Assembly: GCA_945860095.1 (NCBI GenBank)
Contig: CAMAPP010000001.1
Location: 3,741-67,740, forward strand
DNA from: Rhizobium sp. Q54
Lineage (GTDB): Bacteria > Pseudomonadota > Alphaproteobacteria > CADEGL01
Direction of reading: 5' to 3'
Length of the DNA stretch: 64,000 bases
The notes below the pieces were generated by a model. The model saw only the letters and a program-made list of their open reading frames with translations. It was not told where the DNA came from and did not search any database. The translations under genes were made by a program, and so were the position numbers. This document shows positions 1-8,053 of this stretch, piece by piece (the first letter of the stretch is position 1; every line of letters starts with the position of its first letter).

Positions 1-2
1 AT

Positions 3-962
3 GCGAATCTTCACAATTGGGCATGGAACGAGTTTTACGAGAATCCGGAGTTCGAGTGGGCCTATCTCGACCGCGCGGGCAGCGGTGAAAATACGCTCGA
101 CCGGCCCTACCATAGCCACTTGGTAAATCGTTCGCGTTACCTGCACGATGCCTCGCTGCTTCGTCTGTGCCATCGCGGCGCCAGGGAAGTCGCCAAATTC
201 GCATGGTGGCGCCTGCGTGGCTACGAGAAGGGGCGGGGATACTTCCTCGGGGACAATCTTAAAATGATGGCGCGAATCTGGATGGATTCGCGACGTCTAG
301 GCCGGATCGCCACGACACGGCTCGATGATCTGCGGGGAACGCCCTTCGTGTACTACCCTCTCCACCAGGAGCCCGAGATGGCGCTCCAGGGTTTGTCACC
401 GGAGTATTTTTACCAGCTTTCGCTCATCGCCGCGGTGGCGCGCGACTTGCCTGCCGGCGTCCGACTTGCGGTCAAGGAAACCTTTGGCGCCATTGGGCGC
501 CGGCCGCGTGACTTCTATGGACAAATCGCCGAGTTCAAAAACGTCGTGCTTCTCGAGCCCATGGAACTCGGGCTCGAATGTGTGCGGCGGGCCGAGGCCG
601 TGGTGACGATCTGCGGCACGGCGGGGTTCGAGAGTGCGGTTTTGGGGCGGCCAGTCATCGCCTTCGGCGCCCACAACAATTATAATTTTCTACCCCAAGT
701 GCGCATCGTGCATGCCGAGCACGAGCTCGGTGGACATTTGCGCTGGGCGCTCGATCCGCGATTCGCGCGCGAGACGGCGAAAGCGGAGGGCGGACGCTTT
801 CTCCGCGCCGTTGTTGCGCGATCCTTCGACATGCGGTCCTATAATTTCATCGATGTCGCGGAGTTCGAACACGCTTCGGTGGACGATGCGACGAGCGCCT
901 TGTCGCGTTCACTCGATGTGGCCGCCCAGGACGCCCGTGGCGCGGCCTGGAGGGCCGCGTGA
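3..962 (+). CDS. KpsS/KpsC-like capsule polysaccharide biosynthesis protein (Capsule_synth family); 5' end lies outside the window
   Basis: The frame is open from nt 3 with no upstream stop. It carries the motifs GTPFVYYPLHQEPE, LAVKETFGAIGRRPRDFY and VVTICGTAGFESAVLGRPVIAFG, which are characteristic of KpsS/LipB-type beta-Kdo transferases. Its stop overlaps the next start (GTGA). Confidence 0.6.
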   Translation, partial: ANLHNWAWNEFYENPEFEWAYLDRAGSGENTLDRPYHSHLVNRSRYLHDASLLRLCHRGAREVAKFAWWRLRGYEKGRGYFLGDNLKMMARIWMDSRRLGRIATTRLDDLRGTPFVYYPLHQEPEMALQGLSPEYFYQLSLIAAVARDLPAGVRLAVKETFGAIGRRPRDFYGQIAEFKNVVLLEPMELGLECVRRAEAVVTICGTAGFESAVLGRPVIAFGAHNNYNFLPQVRIVHAEHELGGHLRWALDPRFARETAKAEGGRFLRAVVARSFDMRSYNFIDVAEFEHASVDDATSALSRSLDVAAQDARGAAWRAA

Positions 963-1786
963 CGCGCGGCCATAAGAGCGGATCCCGCGCGCATCACCTG
1001 CGCGTCGGTATTGCCGATGTGCGGCGCTCGCAGAATCTCGCCAAGACATCGATCCCGCTTGTGATGCGTCATGTCTTCGTTCCCATCGCCTGGCCGCTGA
1101 CCGCGGCGGCGGCCCGGTTCGGCCTTTCGCCCAATGGTGCCACCGTCGTGCGTGGTAATTTTTCCGCGCTTGGTCTCATCCTCGTTTCCTGCCCGTCGGA
1201 GACCGTGTTCGGCCTGGGTCTTGGCCTGGTGATTCTGGCCAAGATCGCGGACAGCGTGGATGGAAATCTCGCGCGACTTCAGGACCGCGCATCGTATTTC
1301 GGGAAATATCTCGACGGCCTCATCGACATGGTTGAGGATTTGGCGTTTCCCTTGGCGCTTGGCGCGCATTTGTGGCTGGCGGGCGCTGCGGGACCGGAGG
1401 TGCTTTTGCACGGCGCCATCGCCGTACTCTCGCTCGCTGTCGTTTTCATCGCGATCTACCGGCTGCCACTCTTCGAACTGAGCTTGAAGACTGAGCGCGG
1501 AGAGGGCGCGCTTGCCGAAGGCCGCGCGGCCCATCCCAGATTAAACGCCTTCTTCGCCTCGTCGCCGGGTCGCGCGGTCCTGTGGTGCGACGCCCACGGC
1601 GTAAACGCCGCCTACGACGCGCGCTTCATATTTCTTGCCCTTGCCTTGGTGTCGGATGCGCTCGGAAGCTATCTCGCCTTCTTGGCCGCGCTTTACGCCA
1701 CGGGCGCCGCGTTCTTCTGCGCCGCCCGAGTGGCGCGCGGCTACGCCCAACTTGACGTGCCCCGACGTAGCCGTTCGGCGACATGA
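959..1786 (+). CDS. CDP-alcohol phosphatidyltransferase family protein (membrane)
   Basis: Shows the D-G-x2-A-R ... G-x3-D-x3-D signature (DSVDGNLARL ... GKYLDGLIDMVED) and several hydrophobic segments. A GTG start overlaps the upstream stop. Confidence 0.55.
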   Translation: MTRGHKSGSRAHHLRVGIADVRRSQNLAKTSIPLVMRHVFVPIAWPLTAAAARFGLSPNGATVVRGNFSALGLILVSCPSETVFGLGLGLVILAKIADSVDGNLARLQDRASYFGKYLDGLIDMVEDLAFPLALGAHLWLAGAAGPEVLLHGAIAVLSLAVVFIAIYRLPLFELSLKTERGEGALAEGRAAHPRLNAFFASSPGRAVLWCDAHGVNAAYDARFIFLALALVSDALGSYLAFLAALYATGAAFFCAARVARGYAQLDVPRRSRSAT

Positions 1787-2583
1787 GCACCGCCGCGCCT
1801 CCGCCGCCCGTTCGGCTCATCCCGCGCCTCGACATCAAGGGTGACAACGTCGTGAAAGGTGTTCGGCTCGAGGGGCTTCGCGTGGTGGGCACGCCCGACG
1901 AGCTCGCCAAGCGCTATTATGCGCAAGGCGCAGACGAAATCCTTTTCGTCGATATCGTGGCCTCGCTCTACGGCCGGAACAGCATCCTGGACGTGGTCGA
2001 GCGTGCGGCGCGCGAGATCTTCGTTCCACTGACCGTCGGAGGTGGACTCCGCACGCTTGAGGATATTGCGGGTGCGCTTGGCGCCGGTGCGGACAAAGTC
2101 GCCATCAACACGGGCGGCATCAGGCGTCCCGCCTTCCTAGCCGAGGCCGCGAGACGGTTCGGCAGCCAATGCATCGTTCTGAACCTCGAAGCCAAACGTC
2201 GCGGCCCCGGGCAATGGGAAGCACTCACCGACAATGGGCGCGAGACGACCGGCCGCGACGCATTTTCTTGGGTCGAGGAAGCCTTGTCCCTGGGTGTCGG
2301 CGAGATTCTCGTCACGTCGGTCGATCAAGAAGGAACGCGAAAGGGCTTCGACATCGAGCTCGTCGCCGAGGTGCGCAAGCGCGCCAAAGTGCCGGTGATT
2401 GCCTGCGGCGGCGCGGGAACCGCAGCGCATATCGCCGAGTGCCTCGCGCGGTCCGATGCCGACGCGGCCGCCTGCGCCGCCATACTTCACTATGGCGTGA
2501 CGACACTGCCTGCGCTCAAGGCCGAGTTGGCTCGCGCCGGCATCGCGGTGCGCGAGGCGCCCCCGCTCGAGGCGGCAGCATGA
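1783..2583 (+). CDS. HisF-like imidazole glycerol phosphate synthase cyclase subunit paralogue (WbuZ-type, glycan locus)
   Basis: TIM-barrel HisF motifs are present (LDIKGDNVVKGV, VDIVASLYG, PLTVGGGL, VAINTGG, ACGGAG). It sits in a sugar-modification context rather than a histidine operon. Confidence 0.8.
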   Translation: MSTAAPPPPVRLIPRLDIKGDNVVKGVRLEGLRVVGTPDELAKRYYAQGADEILFVDIVASLYGRNSILDVVERAAREIFVPLTVGGGLRTLEDIAGALGAGADKVAINTGGIRRPAFLAEAARRFGSQCIVLNLEAKRRGPGQWEALTDNGRETTGRDAFSWVEEALSLGVGEILVTSVDQEGTRKGFDIELVAEVRKRAKVPVIACGGAGTAAHIAECLARSDADAAACAAILHYGVTTLPALKAELARAGIAVREAPPLEAAA

Positions 2584-3218
2584 CCGCCATCATCGTCGAT
2601 CATGGCCGCGCCAACCTGTTCAGCCTGCGCCACGCACTGCGCCACCTCGGGATCGCGCACGAAGCGTCGGCGGATCCGGGCAGCATAGCGGGCGCGGCAC
2701 GACTATTCCTGCCGGGCGTCGGCGCGTTCGGCGAGGTGATGAAGGCGCTTCGGGAGCGCGGCTTGGTGGCGCCCTTGCGCGACGCCATTTCGCGGCGGAT
2801 TCCTCTGCTGGGCATTTGCGTCGGGATGCAGATTTTGGCCGAGTACGGCGAGGAGTTCGGACGGCATGAAGGGCTGGGTGTGTTCGGCGGCGCGGTGCAC
2901 CGTTTGCCCGATCCTCCGTCTGGGTCGCGCGGCACACGGGTCCCGAATGTCGGTTGGCGTTCGCTCCGCGCGAGCAAGCCCACATCGCTCTTTGCCGATA
3001 TGGCGCCCGGCACCATGGCCTACTTCGTCCATTCCTATGCCCTCATAGCCGCGGAGGAATCGGACGTCGAAGCCACAATCGACTTCAATGGTCGTCCACT
3101 GACCGCCGCGATTCGTCGTGGCAGCGTCATGGGATACCAATTTCACCCCGAGAAAAGCGGCCCAGCCGGCCTGTCGCTCATCCAGCGATTCATGGCACTG
3201 GCGCCAGGCGCCAACTGA
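2580..3218 (+). CDS. HisH-like class I glutamine amidotransferase (WbuY-type)
   Basis: The catalytic GICVGMQIL motif and C-terminal HSY and FHPEKS motifs are present. The ATG overlaps the hisF-like stop. The ORF track entry 2169..3218 is over-extended upstream. Confidence 0.8.
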   Translation: MTAIIVDHGRANLFSLRHALRHLGIAHEASADPGSIAGAARLFLPGVGAFGEVMKALRERGLVAPLRDAISRRIPLLGICVGMQILAEYGEEFGRHEGLGVFGGAVHRLPDPPSGSRGTRVPNVGWRSLRASKPTSLFADMAPGTMAYFVHSYALIAAEESDVEATIDFNGRPLTAAIRRGSVMGYQFHPEKSGPAGLSLIQRFMALAPGAN

Positions 3219-3226
3219 GCATCGAC

Positions 3227-4483
3227 ATGCAGACGATAGAGAAAAACGACAAGACCTTCGCGGTCCATCCCGAGGAAGGCCATCTTGAAGTGAAATACGG
3301 CCTTCCAGCCGAGGTGCAATTTTGCGCGCGGTGCGTCATTTCAAATCAGCGCCCCTCCTCCGCCGTGGAGTTCGTGCACAAATCAGACTCGAAAAAGCAC
3401 ACCATAGAGTTCGACGCGGAAGGCGTCTGCGCGGCCTGTCGTTACTCCGAACGGAAGGCGAGAGAGATCGACTGGGCCGAGCGCGAACGCCAGCTCCGGG
3501 CGCTGTGCGAGCGTTACCAGTCGCGCAATGGGTCGTACGATTGCCTGGTCCCTGGTTCGGGCGGCAAGGATTCCGTGTACGCCTCCCACATCCTCAAGAC
3601 GAAATTCGGCATGCATCCCCTCACGGTGACCTGGGCGCCGCATCTCTACACCGATGTGGGCTGGCGTAATTTCACGAACTGGCTGCATGTCGGCGGCTTC
3701 GACAACTACCTCTTTACCCCGGATGGCCGCGTACACCGCAAGCTAACCGAGTTGGCCTACCGGAACCTTCTGCATCCGTTCCAGCCGTTCATCCTCGGCC
3801 AAAAAAACTATGCACCCAGGATGGCGGCGCGATTCGGGATTCCTCTCGTTTTTTACGGCGAATCCGAGGCCGAATATGGCAATCCCGTGGGCGAGACCAG
3901 CAAGGCCGCGCGCGATGAGAAATATTTCGCATCGCGCACGGTGTTCGCCGAAATGTATTTCGGCGGCCTGCCGGCAACCGAGCTTCCCGCGCACGGCATC
4001 GATCTTCGCGCGCTCGAGCCGTACATGCCCGCCGGCATCGACGAGCTTCGAGGAGCGGAGATCGCGGTTCACTATCTCGGCTATTACCTCAAATGGACGC
4101 CGCAGGAATGTTACTACTACGCGACCGAACACACGGCGTTCGAAGCCAATACCGAGCGCACCGAGGGCACGTATTCCAAGTACAACTCCATCGACGACAA
4201 GACCGACCCTTATCATTACTGGACGACGTACGTGAAATTCGGCATCGGGCGCGCGACCTACGACGCGGCACAGGAAATCCGGAACGGGCACATCACGCGT
4301 GAAGAGGGCGTTTCTCTCGTGCGACGCTACGATCATGAAGTGCCCCGAAAATACCTGAGCGAATTTCTTGCTTATCTGTCGATGGAAGAAGCGGAGTTTT
4401 TCACCATCGCGGACGCGTTCCGCTCGCCCCATCTCTGGAAGCGGGATGGCCAGGATTGGGTTCGACGTCATGTCGTTGCATAA
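3227..4483 (+). CDS. N-acetyl sugar amidotransferase (WbpG/WbuX/PseA/PtmG family, PP-loop ATP pyrophosphatase)
   Basis: Carries the SGGKDS PP-loop motif and lies immediately downstream of the HisF/HisH-like pair, as in known acetamidino-sugar loci. Confidence 0.8.
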   Translation: MQTIEKNDKTFAVHPEEGHLEVKYGLPAEVQFCARCVISNQRPSSAVEFVHKSDSKKHTIEFDAEGVCAACRYSERKAREIDWAERERQLRALCERYQSRNGSYDCLVPGSGGKDSVYASHILKTKFGMHPLTVTWAPHLYTDVGWRNFTNWLHVGGFDNYLFTPDGRVHRKLTELAYRNLLHPFQPFILGQKNYAPRMAARFGIPLVFYGESEAEYGNPVGETSKAARDEKYFASRTVFAEMYFGGLPATELPAHGIDLRALEPYMPAGIDELRGAEIAVHYLGYYLKWTPQECYYYATEHTAFEANTERTEGTYSKYNSIDDKTDPYHYWTTYVKFGIGRATYDAAQEIRNGHITREEGVSLVRRYDHEVPRKYLSEFLAYLSMEEAEFFTIADAFRSPHLWKRDGQDWVRRHVVA

Positions 4484-4508
4484 AACAGCGCAAGTCCGGC
4501 AATAAACA

Positions 4509-5237
4509 ATGCGATCCGTTGGCGTCATCGTGGCCCGAGGTGGATCCAAGCGGATCCCGCGCAAGGTTTTGCGCCCGCTCGGCGGCATTCCCCTACTTGC
4601 CTGGATGTCAAAGGCCGCGCTTGCAAGCCGGCTTGACGCCGTCGTGCTATCGACCGACGACGCCGAGATCGCCGCGCTCGGCCGCGAACTCGGGCTGTCG
4701 GTGCCGTTTCTGCGCCCCGCGGAATTGGCGCAGGATTTCGTCCGCAATGACGACGTCGTTCTGCACGCCATAGACATGCTCGGTTCTTCCGATTCGCCCG
4801 GCGCCGATATCGCGGTTCTTTTGCAACCGACCGCGCCTTTCACGCTGCCCGGCGATATCGATGCCTGCCTCGATGCGATGGAGGAAGCCGAGATTGCTTG
4901 CTGTTTTACCGCGCGCAAGGCGACCGAGAGACCGGAATGGATGTTCGTGCCGGGCGATAAGGGCACGGTAAAATTGCTGTTGGGTGGCGAGCTGGTCGGC
5001 GACCGGCAGCACAGCCAGAAATTGACGACGTACTATGTGCCTTCGGGCGCGGTGTGGGCGACGCGCGCCGATACGCTTCGCCGCACGCGGAGCTTCTACG
5101 CGCCGCCTTTGCGTATCGTCGAAGTCGAAGAGCACCGCACCGCCGACATCGATGTGGAGGACGATCTGATCGTTGCCGAGGCCCTGCTTCGAGCCCACGC
5201 GCTGGCGCCGGTCGGCGCGGAGCGCGGTCGCCGATGA
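4509..5237 (+). CDS. Acylneuraminate cytidylyltransferase family (CMP-nonulosonic acid synthetase), copy 1
   Basis: The N-terminus reads VGVIVARGGSKRIPRKVL... and the size is about 240 aa, typical of NeuA/LegF/PseF. Confidence 0.75.
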   Translation: MRSVGVIVARGGSKRIPRKVLRPLGGIPLLAWMSKAALASRLDAVVLSTDDAEIAALGRELGLSVPFLRPAELAQDFVRNDDVVLHAIDMLGSSDSPGADIAVLLQPTAPFTLPGDIDACLDAMEEAEIACCFTARKATERPEWMFVPGDKGTVKLLLGGELVGDRQHSQKLTTYYVPSGAVWATRADTLRRTRSFYAPPLRIVEVEEHRTADIDVEDDLIVAEALLRAHALAPVGAERGRR

Positions 5238-6271
5238 CGCGCGTCAAAAATATGACGCCGTTGGTTTGCGGACCGCGCGCGACCATGCGCGAAGCCATCG
5301 AGCGCATCAATGCCAGCCCGTATCTGTTTCAGGTCGTCGTCGATTCCGCCGGCTTCGTCCAGGGTACGGTAACCGATGGCGATATCCGGCGCGCCATGCT
5401 GCGCGGTGTTTCGCTCGACGATGCGGTCGAGGAAGGCATGCATCGCAATCCCATCGTCGGTTCCACGTCGAATACCGAGGACAATCTTCGGTTGCTGCGC
5501 AGGACAAAATTTCTGCCCGTCGTCGACGATGCGGGACGACTGGATCATGTTCTGGTGGAGCGCACTCCCGCCGGGGGCATCGGCGCGGCGCTCGTGATGG
5601 CCGGCGGCTTCGGCACGCGCCTGGGTGACGCCACGCGCGGCACGCCCAAGCCCCTGCTCGATATCGGCGGCCGGCCGATGATCGACCGTGTGCTCGCCGG
5701 ACTCGAGGACGCGGGCGTGTCGCGCATCACGGTCGCGGTGCATTACCTCGCCGAACAGATCGAGGCTTTCCTCGACGCGCGCGGCGGACGGCCGCGAGTC
5801 TCCGTGATCCGCGAGAGCGAGCCCCTGGGCACGGCGGGCGCGCTCGGGCTCATCGACCTTCCGCCCGATCGACCGGTCTTCGTCGTCAACGGCGATCTGG
5901 TGACCGGGGTGGATTATGCCGCCATGCACGAGTTTCACGTGCGCCACGGCTTCGACGGCTCGGTCGCCGCCGCGCGTCACGAATTGACCATCCCGTACGG
6001 CGTACTGCGCTACGACGAGGACGGCCTCATCTCCGGCATCGACGAGAAGCCGACGCTGCACCACTTCGTCGCGGCGGGCATCTATTATCTCTCGCCCGAG
6101 ATCGTCGCGCTGGTCGCGCGCGGACGCCCCATCGACATGCCGGAACTTTTGGAAAGCGCACGGAAAATCGGCTTGCGTATCGGCGTCTTTCCGGTTCACG
6201 AGCATTGGCGCGATGTCGGAAGGCCGGGCGATCTGTCGGCCGCGCGTTCGGAATTCGACGGCGCGAAATAG
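5234..6271 (+). CDS. CBS-domain sugar-phosphate nucleotidyltransferase (PtmE-like)
   Basis: An N-terminal CBS pair is followed by a nucleotidyltransferase motif (LVMAGGFGTRLG...KPLL). The ATG overlaps the upstream stop (ATGA). Confidence 0.7.
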   Translation: MTRVKNMTPLVCGPRATMREAIERINASPYLFQVVVDSAGFVQGTVTDGDIRRAMLRGVSLDDAVEEGMHRNPIVGSTSNTEDNLRLLRRTKFLPVVDDAGRLDHVLVERTPAGGIGAALVMAGGFGTRLGDATRGTPKPLLDIGGRPMIDRVLAGLEDAGVSRITVAVHYLAEQIEAFLDARGGRPRVSVIRESEPLGTAGALGLIDLPPDRPVFVVNGDLVTGVDYAAMHEFHVRHGFDGSVAAARHELTIPYGVLRYDEDGLISGIDEKPTLHHFVAAGIYYLSPEIVALVARGRPIDMPELLESARKIGLRIGVFPVHEHWRDVGRPGDLSAARSEFDGAK

Positions 6272-6274
6272 CCC

Positions 6275-8053
6275 ATGGGGCAATTGTTCCACATGTTGAC
6301 GGCGGCGGAACGGACGCGGGGTCTCGTCGTGCTCGTCGTCCTCATCGCCATGGCCGCGGTCGAGGTCGTCGGCGTGGCGGCGATCGCGGCCTTCATCGCC
6401 CTTCTGACCAACCCCGGCGCGGCTTCGGGCAATCGCTGGCTACTGGAAATCGGCCGGCAGCTCGGATCCCAGGACGGCGCGGATCTATTGCTGCCCGCCG
6501 GTCTCGCACTATTCGCCGTGATCGTTTTCCGCAATTTTTATTCGGCCTTCGCCTCCTGGTCGCGGCTGTCCTATCTCCATCACTTGCGCAAGAGGTTGGC
6601 CACGCGCCTGCTCGCGAGTTATCTAGCCCAGCCCTACGCCTTCTTTCTGCGCGCCAATAGCGCGACCCTGGTCAAGAACCTGACCTTCGAGGTCAACCAG
6701 CTGGTCACGGCCTATCTTTATTCCTGGCTGGTGATCGCGGCCGACGCGCTGACGACCTTGGCCATCCTGGGGCTTCTGCTGTACCGCGACCCCGTCATCA
6801 CCGCGATCGCGGTCGGGGTCCTCGGCACCGTCGCCTTGGCGGTTCTTCTGGGTTCGCGGAGCCTCGTGCGCGCGCTCGGCACCCGGCACCGCGCGCTGAA
6901 CGACCGCCTGCACCGCACGGCCACCGAAGCCGTCTCGGGCATAAAGGAACTCAAGGTCCTGGGCCGCGAGCGGCATTTTCTTGACCGCTTCGCCTCGATT
7001 TCCGACCGCTTCGCCGGCACGACGGTGTCCTTCCAATTGTTCAACGAATTGCCGCGCTACGGGCTCGAGATCGTCGTCTTCGGCGGCATGTTGCTGATGG
7101 CCTGGCTGGTGGTCGAGCGCGCGGGCTCGGTGCTGCCCGTCGCCGAAACGCTGGCGCTGTTCGTCGTGGCCTTCTACCGGCTTTTGCCCATCACCCACCG
7201 CATTTTGTCGAGCGCCTCGGGGCTGTCGTTCAATCACGCTATCCTGGCCGATCTTTCGGGAAGCCTTCGCGCGGGTCACGGCGCCGCAGAGGCATTGGCG
7301 CCGATGTCGCAAGCCCTGCCGTTCGCGCGCGATATCGAGTTTCGGGGCGTGCACTTTCGCTACGACGGCGCGGTCGCGGATGCGCTCGGCGGCGTCGATC
7401 TCTTGGTTCCGAAGAACGCGACGATCGCCTTCGTCGGCCCCACGGGCGTGGGCAAGACGACCATCGTCGATCTGATGCTGGGCCTGCACCGGCCGACGGG
7501 CGGCGCCATTCTCGTGGACGGGGTCGAGATAGCGCCCAATCGCGTGCGCGCCTGGCAAGCCAATGTGGGTTACGTGCCGCAAGCGATCTATCTCGCCGAC
7601 GACACCATCCGGCGCAACATCGCCCTCGGCGTGCCGGACGCGGACATCGACGAGGCGCGCATCGCCGCGGCCGCGCGCATGGCCCAGCTCGATCGCTTCG
7701 TCGAGACCTTGCCGGACAAGTACGACGCCATGGTCGGCGAGCGCGGCGTGCGGCTTTCGGGCGGACAGCGCCAACGCATCGGCATCGCCCGGGCGCTTTA
7801 CGGCCAGGCCAATGTCCTAATCTTGGACGAAGCCACCAGCGCGCTCGACGGCATCACCGAGGCCGTGATCGAGGAATCCATCGCCGGCCTGCGCGGCCAA
7901 GCAACCGTGGTGATCATCGCGCACCGTTTGTCCACGGTTCGGCATTGCGACCGGATCTACCTGCTCGAGGCCGGGCGCGTGGTGGCAGCGGGCGGGTACG
8001 ACGAATTGATGCGCGACAATCAGACCTTCCGCGCCATGGCGCGCGCCGTTTGA
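6275..8053 (+). CDS. ABC transporter, fused permease/ATPase (MsbA/PglK-type exporter)
   Basis: An N-terminal multi-TM domain is followed by Walker A (GPTGVGKTT), the signature LSGGQRQRIGIARAL and Walker B (ILILDEATSALD). Confidence 0.85.
   Translation: MGQLFHMLTAAERTRGLVVLVVLIAMAAVEVVGVAAIAAFIALLTNPGAASGNRWLLEIGRQLGSQDGADLLLPAGLALFAVIVFRNFYSAFASWSRLSYLHHLRKRLATRLLASYLAQPYAFFLRANSATLVKNLTFEVNQLVTAYLYSWLVIAADALTTLAILGLLLYRDPVITAIAVGVLGTVALAVLLGSRSLVRALGTRHRALNDRLHRTATEAVSGIKELKVLGRERHFLDRFASISDRFAGTTVSFQLFNELPRYGLEIVVFGGMLLMAWLVVERAGSVLPVAETLALFVVAFYRLLPITHRILSSASGLSFNHAILADLSGSLRAGHGAAEALAPMSQALPFARDIEFRGVHFRYDGAVADALGGVDLLVPKNATIAFVGPTGVGKTTIVDLMLGLHRPTGGAILVDGVEIAPNRVRAWQANVGYVPQAIYLADDTIRRNIALGVPDADIDEARIAAAARMAQLDRFVETLPDKYDAMVGERGVRLSGGQRQRIGIARALYGQANVLILDEATSALDGITEAVIEESIAGLRGQATVVIIAHRLSTVRHCDRIYLLEAGRVVAAGGYDELMRDNQTFRAMARAV

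Noticed and set aside
2169-3218. ORF-track starts far upstream of the functional start (also 2954, 5054, 7945, 27711, 31431, 32072, 33219, 38971, 42065, 43134, 43891, 44823, 57457, 58990, 60019).
   Set aside because: The track extends to the first ATG/GTG/TTG after a stop. In each case an in-frame start overlapping or abutting the upstream gene stop gives a protein whose N-terminus matches the family, so coordinates were trimmed.
1783-3218. HisF/HisH as genuine histidine biosynthesis genes.
   Set aside because: No other his genes are adjacent. They are coupled to a WbpG-family amidotransferase inside a sugar locus, which matches the known acetamidino-sugar trio.
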